Source: a candidate division WOR-3 bacterium (GTDB taxonomy: Bacteria; Hydrothermota; Tepidihabitantia; SM23-42; CAYGYG01). Taken from it: a DNA stretch of 23,315 nucleotides. Made by a program: the position numbers and the translations under genes. The notes beneath the pieces are model-generated. The model worked only from the letters and a program-made list of their open reading frames with translations, was not told the DNA's origin and ran no database searches. The stretch lies in assembly GCA_965648915.1 (NCBI GenBank), contig CBFGIV010000035.1:1-23315 (forward strand). Reading direction: 5' to 3'. Of the stretch, positions 9,044 to 17,769 are shown piece by piece (position 1 is the first letter of the stretch; the number at the start of each line of letters is the position of its first letter).

Positions 9044-11164
9044 GTGGGTATAGATCTCTTTCTGGAGTAGAACATTCTTAACATAATCCCTTGTTTCATC
9101 AAATGGAATAAGTTCGATAAATTCATCCAGTTCTGAGGCCGGGTCACGGTTTAACCATCTTATGACATTAACCGGACCGCCGTTATAGGCGGCCAGGGCA
9201 AGGGGCAGGCAGTCAAATCGGTCGACCTGATCCTTAAGATATTTCGTTCCAAATTTTAATGAGACATCAGGATCATAGAGATTATATTCAGCCATCTGGA
9301 GATCTTTGGCCAGTAACGAACCGGTACGGGGGATGATCTGCATCAGGCCCATTGCATTAGCCGGTGAAAGTGCCCTGGGGTTGAAATAACTCTCCTGTCT
9401 TATCACCGCCAGCAGAAAGGCAGGTTCAAGTCCGGATTCGATGATCGATTGGACATATTTTACCGGATAGAGCAGGGGCAGGAGTTCATGACTGATCCTC
9501 TTGATACCGGCCTGCTCAGCATCACGCCTTACCGTATAGGCCAGTCTTATCGCTTCATGGTCAAGACCGTAATTGCTATATAACCGGGCAAGAAAGAGAC
9601 GCCCGGCCGTGTTGCCGGGATTTATCAATTTTAATTCGCTTGTTCCAATATCAACTTCACCATAACTCAGGAAGAAGATTGCTCTTTTGATCAATGCTGA
9701 ATCAAGAGAAGAAAAATAGCATACTGTATCTGTGAACTTTTTAAGCCAGACCTTAACCGGGATTGTATCACAGAACCGATTCTGTCTCTCTTTGATCATT
9801 GTGTAATACGACATCGGATAACGTTTAAGGAGTTCAATCCTCAGACTCTCGGTTTCGAGACCGAGTCGTTCATTCATTCTTATCTGCCAGTAGATGAATT
9901 CCGGGCTTGAATCCTGACGGAAAAATTCCCGGGCTTTGTCAACCTCTCCCGAACGATAGCAGAGGAGCCCGCAACGAAAGAGATGTCTCCTTCTTTCCTG
10001 AGGGAACTGATTGGCGATTGCCACCCAGATACTGCAGGCTTTATTGAAAAGGGCCTTTTCCTCAAACAGGTGCCCTTTGCGTCGTAGTGCCCTCAGGTGT
10101 ATCTGATCTCCGGGGAATTTTAACAGGAGAGAATCATAGGCAATAATCGCCAGGGAATCCTGATTCCGGGTTTCGTAGATCCGGCCGCGCCAGTAATACG
10201 AGCGTGCGTTTTTGCATAAGGTCAGATAATGGAGGGCTGAGTCATAATTGTTGAGCTGGTAGAAGATCATCCCGCGGAGAAAATTGGCCTTCGGATTTTT
10301 TAATGCATGGTTCAGGTAATTTAATGCCTTCCGATAATTGTTAATATTATAATAGACCTCGGCCGCAGCAACAAATTCAGCCACATTCCTGGGTCGGACC
10401 TTCTCGAGCATACTCAAAGCAAAATTCGACCTGGGAAAGCGGGTGATTAATCCCCAGGCCAGATTCAGGGCCTCAGCCTTTTCCCCTCTCTGTTCCAAAA
10501 GACCAATTTTGAGATAGAGTCTTAAAGGTTCGTCCTTTATCTGCTCGATGATTGCCTCGGCCTGATCCGGTTCGCCTGAATTGGTCAGGGACCGGGCAAG
10601 GAGTTCAAAATGTTCCTCTTCGAGATAAGGAGGGATCGTCTTTACGGTACGGAGCGTCTGTTCTACCTCACGCCAGTATCCCTTCTTAAATAATGCCCGG
10701 GCAAGATAGTGGAGGCGATAGTCATCATATTCATTAACGGGGTTCTTCAATTGTTCAATTGTTGAATCATAATCACCGGCCCGATAGAAGAAGATCCCTT
10801 TGATCAAGGGATGAGTCGCAAACCGGGCCGCGCTGGCGAAATTACCGGCTCGGGCATAGACCATAGCCAGACTTTCTCTGGCGACCGCTATTTTGAGACT
10901 CTCTACGATATTGATGGCATGGCGATATTGCCGCTGGTCAATATAAATTTTAAAAAGAAGTCTGGCCTTCTCATTCTGTAAATTTGTATCTTCGATACTG
11001 TGGAGTAATTTAATTGCCTGGAAAGGGTTTTTCTGGTAGAGTGAGGAGATTGCCTCAAGTTTTTCGAATTGTGGCTGAGGAGGCTGGATAACTTTCTTAC
11101 AGGTGAGACTGGTCACGATAAAAACAATCAACCAGTATCTTTTGATCGCTGGATTTGAAGTCAT
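9017..11164 (-). CDS. slt: Slt70-type lytic murein transglycosylase with TPR repeats, putative lipoprotein
   Basis: C-terminal IRQES (catalytic Glu), A.SPANA.GLMQ, AAYNGG, IPF.ETR.YVK; helical TPR N-terminal region; SLTC lipobox-like site. Its 3' end overlaps the convergent clostripain gene by 27 bp. Confidence 0.9.
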   Translation of the reverse strand: MTSNPAIKRYWLIVFIVTSLTCKKVIQPPQPQFEKLEAISSLYQKNPFQAIKLLHSIEDTNLQNEKARLLFKIYIDQRQYRHAINIVESLKIAVARESLAMVYARAGNFASAARFATHPLIKGIFFYRAGDYDSTIEQLKNPVNEYDDYRLHYLARALFKKGYWREVEQTLRTVKTIPPYLEEEHFELLARSLTNSGEPDQAEAIIEQIKDEPLRLYLKIGLLEQRGEKAEALNLAWGLITRFPRSNFALSMLEKVRPRNVAEFVAAAEVYYNINNYRKALNYLNHALKNPKANFLRGMIFYQLNNYDSALHYLTLCKNARSYYWRGRIYETRNQDSLAIIAYDSLLLKFPGDQIHLRALRRKGHLFEEKALFNKACSIWVAIANQFPQERRRHLFRCGLLCYRSGEVDKAREFFRQDSSPEFIYWQIRMNERLGLETESLRIELLKRYPMSYYTMIKERQNRFCDTIPVKVWLKKFTDTVCYFSSLDSALIKRAIFFLSYGEVDIGTSELKLINPGNTAGRLFLARLYSNYGLDHEAIRLAYTVRRDAEQAGIKRISHELLPLLYPVKYVQSIIESGLEPAFLLAVIRQESYFNPRALSPANAMGLMQIIPRTGSLLAKDLQMAEYNLYDPDVSLKFGTKYLKDQVDRFDCLPLALAAYNGGPVNVIRWLNRDPASELDEFIELIPFDETRDYVKNVLLQKEIYTHLINAGDLP

Positions 11165-11170
11165 CTTTTT

Positions 11171-11199
11171 ATATTATTATAGAAAATGGGATAAGTCAA
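11171..11199 (-). promoter_or_regulatory. Possible sigma70-type promoter for slt, leaderless
   Basis: Minus strand: TTGACT (11199-11194), 17 nt, TAATAT (11176-11171). ATG 11164 follows 6 nt later with no SD. Confidence 0.45.
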
Positions 11200-11232
11200 T
11201 GATTAATTGAAAGATAGCGAATGAAACCCATC

Positions 11233-11260
11233 TTGACAGGTTGCGATTATTGATTAGAAT
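11233..11260 (+). promoter_or_regulatory. sigma70-type promoter for the meaB-mutase operon
   Basis: TTGACA (11233-11238), 16 nt, TAGAAT (11255-11260). Confidence 0.65.
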
Positions 11261-11279
11261 ATATTAACGCTAAACTTAT

Positions 11280-12251
11280 ATGAATCTGATCAAAGAATTA
11301 TCCCGTGGGAACAAAATTGCCCTTGCCCGTGCAATAAGTAAGGTTGAAAACCAGGAAGATGGTTACGAAGAGTTGTTGAAAGAGACATATCTCCATACCG
11401 GTAATGCCTATTATCTCGGAATCACCGGCCCACCCGGTGCGGGTAAGAGTACACTGGTTGACTGCCTGGCCCGGCGGCTCGCGGGTAAGAATAAGCGTGT
11501 TGGTATAATTGCAGTCGATCCAACCAGCCCATTTTCCGGAGGAGCCCTTCTGGGCGATCGGATAAGAATGTCCAGTCTTGCCACCAACCCCAGTATCTTT
11601 ATCCGCAGTATGGCGAGCCGGGGCAGTCTGGGTGGGATTGCCCGGGCAACAAAAGATGTTGCTGTGTTGATGGATGCCTTTGGTATGAATTATATAATAA
11701 TTGAGACGATCGGGGTCGGGCAGGTTGAGATTGACATTGCTGATGCCTGTGATAGCACGGTGCTGGTTTTGGTCCCGGAATCGGGCGATGCCATCCAGGT
11801 GATGAAGGCCGGTCTCATTGAGATTGCAGATATCATCGTGGTCAATAAGGCGGATCGGGAAGGGGCCGAAAAACTTGTGCGGGAGTTGAAGACGATTTCA
11901 GAATTAAGGGAGAAGAAAAATCTCTGGGAATATCCGGTCCTGATGACCGAGGCCTTATATGAAAAAGGCCTGGACCAACTGGTGGATGCAATTTTTCAGC
12001 ATGAGCAGTTTTTAAAAAAGAGTGGTGAATTTCTGAAACACCGCAAAGAGCGGCTGAAGAGGCAGATCTGTAATTTGATTGAAGAGCGTATCTGGTCCTG
12101 TATGAAGAGTAAGTTCTTAGAAAGCAATGCCCTCGATCTTATGGTCGACCGGATCTTTAAGAAAGAACTCAGTCCGATTGAGGCGGTTGACCGTATTATG
12201 ATGTCAAAAGAAATTTTTAATCAGGGAGTGAAAAAAAGATGGAAGAGATAA
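11280..12251 (+). CDS. meaB: MeaB/ArgK-family G-protein chaperone of B12-dependent acyl-CoA mutases
   Basis: [73 protein letters not shown]. Confidence 0.96.
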   Translation: MNLIKELSRGNKIALARAISKVENQEDGYEELLKETYLHTGNAYYLGITGPPGAGKSTLVDCLARRLAGKNKRVGIIAVDPTSPFSGGALLGDRIRMSSLATNPSIFIRSMASRGSLGGIARATKDVAVLMDAFGMNYIIIETIGVGQVEIDIADACDSTVLVLVPESGDAIQVMKAGLIEIADIIVVNKADREGAEKLVRELKTISELREKKNLWEYPVLMTEALYEKGLDQLVDAIFQHEQFLKKSGEFLKHRKERLKRQICNLIEERIWSCMKSKFLESNALDLMVDRIFKKELSPIEAVDRIMMSKEIFNQGVKKRWKR

Positions 12252-13885
12252 AAAAACGCAAAACAGAATGGTTAGAATCTTTGAAAGGATGCGGAGAGCG
12301 TAAATGGAAGTGGACATCTATTTCAGGCCAACCGGTTGAGATAATCTACACACCGGATGATATCGAAGGGCTATCCTATCTCCGCGACCTGAACTTCCCG
12401 GGCAACTACCCTTTCACCCGTGGGGTCTATCAGAATATGTACCGGGGAAGGCTCTGGACAATGCGTCAGTTCTCTGGTTTTGGCACACCCCGGGATACCA
12501 ATAAGCGTTATCGATATCTCTTAAAACACGGCCAGACCGGATTATCGGTGGCATTTCACTTCCCGACGCTCTACGGTCGCGACTCGGATCATCCCCTTTC
12601 CCGGGGTGAGGTAGGAAGGTGTGGAGTTGCGGTCGATTCGCTCCGCGATATGGAAATAATTTTTTCGGGTATTCCGCTGGATAAAATTTCAACCTCAATG
12701 ACAATCAATGCACCCGCCGGCATCCTTCTTGCTATGTATATTGCGGTTGGGGAAAAACAGGGTCATAACTCAAGGATTCTAACCGGGACAATCCAGAACG
12801 ATATCTTAAAGGAATATCAAGCGCAGAAATCCTGGATCTTCCCACCCGAACCTTCAATGCGTTTAATCACTGATATAATGGCATTCTGTGCCGACTATGT
12901 TCCAAAATGGAATACTATTTCTATCTCTGGTTACCATATCCGGGAAGCCGGTTCAACTGCAGTTCAGGAACTTGCCTTTACCCTGGCCAATGGCTTTGCC
13001 TATGTCGAGGCCGGGATCAAAGCGGGTATGGATGTCGATCGGTTTGCACCGCGACTCTCTTTCTTCTTCAATGCCCATATGGATTTCTTTGAAGAGATTG
13101 CCAAATATCGTGCCGCCCGGCGCATCTGGGCAAGGCATATGAAAGAACGTTACAAGGCAAAAGACCCGAGATCACTCCTGATGAGGTTTCACACCCAGAC
13201 CGCGGGTTGCAGTCTGACCGCGCAGCAGCCCGAAAATAATATCGTCCGCACCGCTTTTGAAGCGCTTTCCGCCGTACTGGGCGGGACACAGAGTCTGCAC
13301 ACCAATTCGATGGACGAGACCTATGCTTTGCCGACTGAGAAGGCGGTTAAGATTGCCCTGAGAACCCAGCAGATCATCGCCTTTGAGACCGGGGTCCCGA
13401 ATGTAATCGATCCCCTGGCCGGTTCGTATTATATTGAGGCTTTAACTAACAGGATGGAGGAGCAGGCCGAAGCCTATTTCAAAAAGATCGAAGACTTAGG
13501 TGGTTGCATCAAAGCGATTGAAAAGGGGTTTTTCCAGAGAGAGATTGCCGATGCGGCGTATCGGTATCAGAAGGAGTTAGAGAAGAAAGAGAAGATTGTG
13601 GTCGGGGTTAATGAATTTATCGATGTGGAAAAACCAGTAATTGAGATTCTCAAAATCAGCCCCAGGGTTGAAAGAGAACAGGTCGCAGCCCTTAAAAAAT
13701 TACGCCGGGAAAGGGATAATCTGGCGGTCAAAAGAGCCCTCGAAGATCTGAGAAAAGCTGCAGCCGGGACCGAAAATGTTATGCCTCACTTCTTAAAATG
13801 TGTCAAGGTCTATGCAACCATTGGTGAAATCTGCGATACCCTGCGTAGTGTCTTCGGCGAATATAAAGAGCCACCGATTTTTTAA
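12239..13885 (+). CDS. icmA: B12-dependent acyl-CoA mutase large subunit (methylmalonyl-CoA mutase family); active-site residues indicate isobutyryl-CoA mutase
   Basis: [70 protein letters not shown]. Family is certain; specificity inferred from F78 and Q196. Confidence 0.85.
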   Translation: MEEIKKRKTEWLESLKGCGERKWKWTSISGQPVEIIYTPDDIEGLSYLRDLNFPGNYPFTRGVYQNMYRGRLWTMRQFSGFGTPRDTNKRYRYLLKHGQTGLSVAFHFPTLYGRDSDHPLSRGEVGRCGVAVDSLRDMEIIFSGIPLDKISTSMTINAPAGILLAMYIAVGEKQGHNSRILTGTIQNDILKEYQAQKSWIFPPEPSMRLITDIMAFCADYVPKWNTISISGYHIREAGSTAVQELAFTLANGFAYVEAGIKAGMDVDRFAPRLSFFFNAHMDFFEEIAKYRAARRIWARHMKERYKAKDPRSLLMRFHTQTAGCSLTAQQPENNIVRTAFEALSAVLGGTQSLHTNSMDETYALPTEKAVKIALRTQQIIAFETGVPNVIDPLAGSYYIEALTNRMEEQAEAYFKKIEDLGGCIKAIEKGFFQREIADAAYRYQKELEKKEKIVVGVNEFIDVEKPVIEILKISPRVEREQVAALKKLRRERDNLAVKRALEDLRKAAAGTENVMPHFLKCVKVYATIGEICDTLRSVFGEYKEPPIF

Positions 13886-13903
13886 GAAATCCAAGGAGGT
13901 TCG

Positions 13904-14293
13904 ATGAAGAAGATCAGGATTCTCATTGCCAAGCCCGGTCTTGATGGACACGACCGGGGAGCCAAGGTTGTAGCCCGGGCATTGCGCGATGCCGGGATGG
14001 AGGTGATCTATACTGGTTTACATCAGACGCCGGAGATGATTGTTGAAGCAGCAATTCAGGAGGATGTTGACATCATCGGGGTCTCAATCCTTTCCGGTGC
14101 CCATATGACTGTATTCCCGAGGATTCTTAAACTCTTAAAAGAGAAGAAGGCGAGCCATATAAAGGTAATCGGGGGTGGTATTATCCCGGCCAGTGATATG
14201 AAAAAATTGGAAAAGATCGGGGTCAAAAAATTGTTTGGTCCGGGAACACCAACCAGTGAAATCGTTGAATGGATAAATAAGAGATTAAGTTAG
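13904..14293 (+). CDS. icmB: Cobalamin-binding small subunit of the acyl-CoA mutase (IcmB-like)
   Basis: [12 protein letters not shown] (DxHxxG), S.LSGAH, GGII, FGPGT; SD AAGGAGG upstream. Confidence 0.88.
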   Translation: MKKIRILIAKPGLDGHDRGAKVVARALRDAGMEVIYTGLHQTPEMIVEAAIQEDVDIIGVSILSGAHMTVFPRILKLLKEKKASHIKVIGGGIIPASDMKKLEKIGVKKLFGPGTPTSEIVEWINKRLS

Positions 14294-14302
14294 GAGGTAA
14301 GG

Positions 14303-15526
14303 ATGAACTTATTTATTGCTTTATTTTTAGTCTTATCAAGTAGTGAAGATTTTGTCTGTTTTAATAATCAGAATTCTAACAGCAATCAGCCCGATGGTTT
14401 CAGTATAATCTGGACGACCAAACACCCTCTGCCGAGATCCCTTGCGGGAAGCGGCTGTGCCGTTATAAATGATACTGTCTATGTAATTGGTGGGAGGGAT
14501 TCGTCGGGTAATCGGTTTAATCTCTGTTATATGTATATCCCGGCTCAGGATACCTGGATTGCTCGAGCCAGTATGCCGACCGCCCGTGCCCATATTGCCT
14601 GTGCAGTCGTCAAGGGCAAGATCTATGCAATCGGCGGCTGGGTTGGGCCGAGTGCAACTGGTGCCTGTGAAGAATTTAATCCCGCGACTAACACCTGGAC
14701 CGTAAAAGAAAATATGCCTACCCCACGCTATGTCCTGGGGGTTATTACATACAATGATCGGATCTACTGTATCGGCGGGATGAATATGCAGTCACAGGTC
14801 TTTGGCACCAATGAGGTCTATAACCCTGATTCGAATACCTGGGTGACCAAGGCATCGATGCCAACCCCGCGTATGGGTGGAGCGACATTCTTGATCAACA
14901 ATAAGATCTATGTTGCCGGCGGATCTAACCTTGGCAGCGCCCTGACCGTTCATGAGATGTACGACATTAATGGTGACCGATGGCAGAATAAAGCTCCCTT
15001 ACAGGCCCGAAGATATGCAATCGGTGCCTGGACTTTCCAGGGTAAAGGTTATGCAATTGGCGGTTATGACTACTCAAGATACCACACGACAGTCGAGGTT
15101 TATGACACACTCAACGATCGATGGTCTTACGAGACATCGATGCAGTATGGTCGCCAGTCGATTGCGGTTGGTCTGATACAGAATCGGGTATATGTAATTG
15201 GCGGCTGGAACAACGGTTCTCTCATCTACAATGAAGAAGGGACAATCCAGGTATCAATAACCGAGGCTGAGAAATTAAAAGTGAAGAAGGAAATTCTTAT
15301 CATCCAACCGAATCCCTCGAAAAAAGGTACTAACATATTGATCAGAGGATTTAGAATGCAGGATAATACATTAAAAATTTATGATACCTCAGGTAAACTG
15401 GTTAAAAAATTAGCCATATCGCCCGGTGATAAACACATCTGGGTGTCACTCAGACCCGGAATATACTTTGTCCACAGTAAAATTAACAACCTTAATATCA
15501 CCAGGAAGATAGTGATTGAAGAATAG
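14303..15526 (+). CDS. Secreted Kelch-repeat beta-propeller protein with T9SS-like C-terminal domain
   Basis: Short signal peptide; six repeats of (V/I)Y.IGG...Y/F.P....W...A.MPT.R; C-terminal IQPNP...KIYD.SGKLVK...L.PGIYFV...KIVI; SD AGGAGG. Confidence 0.88.
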   Translation: MNLFIALFLVLSSSEDFVCFNNQNSNSNQPDGFSIIWTTKHPLPRSLAGSGCAVINDTVYVIGGRDSSGNRFNLCYMYIPAQDTWIARASMPTARAHIACAVVKGKIYAIGGWVGPSATGACEEFNPATNTWTVKENMPTPRYVLGVITYNDRIYCIGGMNMQSQVFGTNEVYNPDSNTWVTKASMPTPRMGGATFLINNKIYVAGGSNLGSALTVHEMYDINGDRWQNKAPLQARRYAIGAWTFQGKGYAIGGYDYSRYHTTVEVYDTLNDRWSYETSMQYGRQSIAVGLIQNRVYVIGGWNNGSLIYNEEGTIQVSITEAEKLKVKKEILIIQPNPSKKGTNILIRGFRMQDNTLKIYDTSGKLVKKLAISPGDKHIWVSLRPGIYFVHSKINNLNITRKIVIEE

Positions 15527-15601
15527 AGACAGTCTGGAGAAATAAGCAGCAAGCACCTGCCTAAATTCAAGAGTCAAGAACCCCGGTCTGGTCTGTATAC
15601 T

Positions 15602-15673
15602 CTATTTGGTCTGTTTAGTCGATTTGGTCTGTTTAGTCTGTTTGGTCTATTTAGTCTATTTGGTTTATCTGGT
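15602..15673. repeat. Degenerate 9-bp tandem repeat, 8 units, consensus CTRTTTRGT
   Basis: ctatttggt ctgtttagt cgatttggt ctgtttagt ctgtttggt ctatttagt ctatttggt ttatctggt; intergenic between convergent genes. Confidence 0.9.
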
Positions 15674-15811
15674 TAAAAAAATGGTTGAGGGGTTGATATT
15701 TGTAATGCTCAGGTATGGTGTGCCGGCGGGACTCTATTTCTGTCTATTAAAAGATCAAGAGAAGGTGCTGAAGCGGATGGTAATTCTGGTTCGATAGTCA
15801 GCCGATGTTAA

Positions 15812-16516
15812 TTACTTTCCATCCCAGATGATTATTCGCCCGCAGTAGTCACAATATATTATCCGGTCGCCTTTCTTAAGTTCATTTATGACCTGGGGCG
15901 AGAGGGTTGCATAACAGCCTTCACAGGTTGTCCCGATAACCCTGGAAATACCGGTTTTTCTTGCCTTTTTGATCCGATCGTAGGTCTTGATGGTCGCCGG
16001 AGTGAGAGATTCCCGGACCTTTTTCCTCTCTTCGATTCGTTCATTTATCTCTTTATTGAGTTCGACCAGTTTTGCTTCGAGATCTTTGATCTCATTCTGA
16101 TACTGCCCGACCATTTCTGCAACCTCTTTTTCCGCCTTCCTGATTTTAAGTTTATTATCCTCCTCTTCCTCAAGCAAATCTATCATTTCATCTTCAACCA
16201 GCCGTTTCTTCTCTTTAAGCCCTTCGATCTCTTTCAGCATTGCCCGGTATTCCTCATTGGTCTTGACCGTTAAGAGATGGGCATTCGATTTATTGAGTTG
16301 TTCCTCGATTTCTTTGACCTCGATCTCTTTCAGTTTATACTCCTTCTTGATCTCGGTCTCACGCTGTTTTAACTTCTCAAAATCTTTTTTGGTCTTTTCA
16401 ATTGTGGCCTTCAATTTATCAATCTTTTCCGGGATCTCCTTGATCGACTGATCGAGCAGATCGATCTTATTTTCTAAATCACCAAGTAAGAGTAGGTTTT
16501 TAAGTTCTTCAATCAT
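15812..16516 (-). CDS. Coiled-coil protein with C4-type zinc ribbon (DUF164/CT398-like)
   Basis: Long coiled coil with KTNEEY.A...EI, then Y.RI and CEGC...L.PQ..NE......CDYCGRII. Confidence 0.9.
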   Translation of the reverse strand: MIEELKNLLLLGDLENKIDLLDQSIKEIPEKIDKLKATIEKTKKDFEKLKQRETEIKKEYKLKEIEVKEIEEQLNKSNAHLLTVKTNEEYRAMLKEIEGLKEKKRLVEDEMIDLLEEEEDNKLKIRKAEKEVAEMVGQYQNEIKDLEAKLVELNKEINERIEERKKVRESLTPATIKTYDRIKKARKTGISRVIGTTCEGCYATLSPQVINELKKGDRIIYCDYCGRIIIWDGK

Positions 16517-16528
16517 AATCGGGTAAAT

Positions 16529-16561
16529 AAAAAAGGTGTGTCTTGAAAAGACACACCTTTT
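16529..16561 (-). terminator. Intrinsic terminator directly after tRNA-Val
   Basis: Perfect inverted repeat AAAAGGTGTGTCTT-GAA-AAGACACACCTTTT (16531-16561), ending in a 6-U tract on the minus strand. Confidence 0.8.
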
Positions 16562-16562
16562 A

Positions 16563-16638
16563 TGGGCGGTACCCGACTTGAACGGGTGACCTTTTGCATG
16601 TCAAGCAAACGCTCTAACCAGAACTGAGCTAACCGCCC
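16563..16638 (-). tRNA. tRNA-Val (anticodon GAC), CCA not encoded
   Basis: Reverse complement GGGCGGTTAGCTCAGTTCTGGTTAGAGCGTTTGCTTGACATGCAAAAGGTCACCCGTTCAAGTCGGGTACCGCCCA: acceptor GGGCGGT/ACCGCCC, anticodon arm TTTGC-TTGACAT-GCAAA, T arm ACCCG-TTCAAGT-CGGGT. Confidence 0.97.
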
Positions 16639-16658
16639 GAAAGAGAGCATAGGTTTAC

Positions 16659-16686
16659 ATTATAGCAAAATTTAGCCTTATGTCAA
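16659..16686 (-). promoter_or_regulatory. Consensus sigma70-type promoter for tRNA-Val
   Basis: Minus strand: TTGACA (16686-16681), 16 nt, TATAAT (16664-16659), with an extended -10 TGn. Confidence 0.75.
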
Positions 16687-16723
16687 TATCCAGTTACAGG
16701 TTGATCATATCCTCGGTCATATC

Positions 16724-16751
16724 TTGACTTTCATCAAATAAAGTATATACT
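16724..16751 (+). promoter_or_regulatory. sigma70-type promoter for the ABC exporter operon
   Basis: TTGACT (16724-16729), 16 nt, TATACT (16746-16751). ATG at 16762 has no SD. Confidence 0.6.
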
Positions 16752-16761
16752 TGATCTCAAT

Positions 16762-17769
16762 ATGGGTCTGGCTGTAGAAGTTAAGGATGTCTTAAAAATC
16801 TTTAAGAAACACAAAGGCAAAGAGACCCGCGCCCTCGATGGTGTCTCTCTGTCGATTGAAGAAGGCGAACTCTTTGGCCTCCTTGGTCCAAATGGGGCTG
16901 GTAAGACGACCCTGGTCAGATGTATTGCGACCCTTTTGATCCCGGATGGTGGTTTGATAAAGGTCCTGGATAGAGATGTTTTTAAATTTTCTTATGCGGT
17001 TCGGCGTAATATCGGCCTTTTAACGAGTGGAGAACGGACCCTCTACTGGAAACTGTCCGGTTATGATAATTTAAGATTCTTTTCTGCCCTCTACGGAATG
17101 GAGCCAAAAGAGGCAGAAAAAAGGATTGACTTCCTGATCGAACTTTTGGGCTTAAAGGAATTCGGTCGTGAACGGGTCGAACGCTATTCGTCTGGGATGC
17201 GGCAGAAACTATCCCTTGCCCGTGCTTTACTTCATAATCCCAATGTCCTCCTTCTTGATGAGCCCACCTTAGGACTCGATCCCCAGTTTTCCCGTTTCAT
17301 CCGAAACTTTATAAAAGAGACCCTCAACCATAAGGAGAAGAAGACCATTCTACTTACTACCCACTATATGGACGAGGCCGATGAACTCTGTGATCGAATC
17401 GCATTTATCGACCGGGGTAAGATTGTTGGACTTAACACCCCGGATGGCTTTAAGCACCAGATCCCCCACAAGGAGGTGCTCGAAATCAAGTGTCAGGGGG
17501 TAATCGAGGCCGAAAGTTTTAAAAAGTTCTGTAAGATAGAAAGGGTTTCGGTCGACAACGAGAATGGTATCAGTATCTTAAGAATTATGGCCCAGGATTG
17601 CGAAGCGATCCTCGGGGATATTATCAAGGAGATCAGCGGTAATACAAGGATCTTAACGATTGATGTCAAAGAACCGACGCTGGAAGATGTCTTTATTTAC
17701 TATACCGGCAGATCACTCAAGGTCGATGATGGGATCGAAGTCAGACCGCCGACAATAGACCATGAATAG
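16762..17769 (+). CDS. ABC-2 type exporter ATP-binding subunit (DrrA-like)
   Basis: Walker A GPNGAGKT, signature YSSGMRQK, Walker B LLLDEPT.GLDP, H-loop TTHYMDEA, C-terminal EPTLEDVF. Confidence 0.95.
   Translation: MGLAVEVKDVLKIFKKHKGKETRALDGVSLSIEEGELFGLLGPNGAGKTTLVRCIATLLIPDGGLIKVLDRDVFKFSYAVRRNIGLLTSGERTLYWKLSGYDNLRFFSALYGMEPKEAEKRIDFLIELLGLKEFGRERVERYSSGMRQKLSLARALLHNPNVLLLDEPTLGLDPQFSRFIRNFIKETLNHKEKKTILLTTHYMDEADELCDRIAFIDRGKIVGLNTPDGFKHQIPHKEVLEIKCQGVIEAESFKKFCKIERVSVDNENGISILRIMAQDCEAILGDIIKEISGNTRILTIDVKEPTLEDVFIYYTGRSLKVDDGIEVRPPTIDHE

Noticed and set aside
11165..11279. Cobalamin riboswitch upstream of the B12 mutase operon
   Set aside because: The region is only 115 bp, AT-rich, filled by divergent promoters and lacks B12-box motifs. 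A short TCAAT-N5-ATTGA palindrome (11196-11210) is too weak to call.
15586..15673. Repeat considered as a CRISPR array
   Set aside because: Units are 9 bp and contiguous with no spacers, and there are no cas genes in the window.
15606..15797. 63-aa ORF with LVC/LVY tripeptide repeats
   Set aside because: It is the translation of the 9-bp repeat, starts at TTG with no SD or promoter, and has no recognisable domain.
15527..15811. RNase P RNA or other ncRNA downstream of the zinc-ribbon gene
   Set aside because: No GAGGAAAGTCC motif or other recognisable structured-RNA signature on either strand.
6721..16532. Identical 13-mer TTTTATTTACCCG near the 3' side of both tRNAs (6721-6733 plus, 16520-16532 minus), considered as att sites
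   Set aside because: The copies have opposite orientation relative to the tRNAs, one is in coding sequence, several 13-bp matches are expected by chance in 23 kb, and there is no integrase or duplicated tRNA end.
16575..16604. TTGACA in the tRNA-Val anticodon loop as an internal promoter for the zinc-ribbon gene
   Set aside because: It is dictated by the GAC anticodon, has no -10 at 16-18 nt, and would still lie upstream of the terminator.
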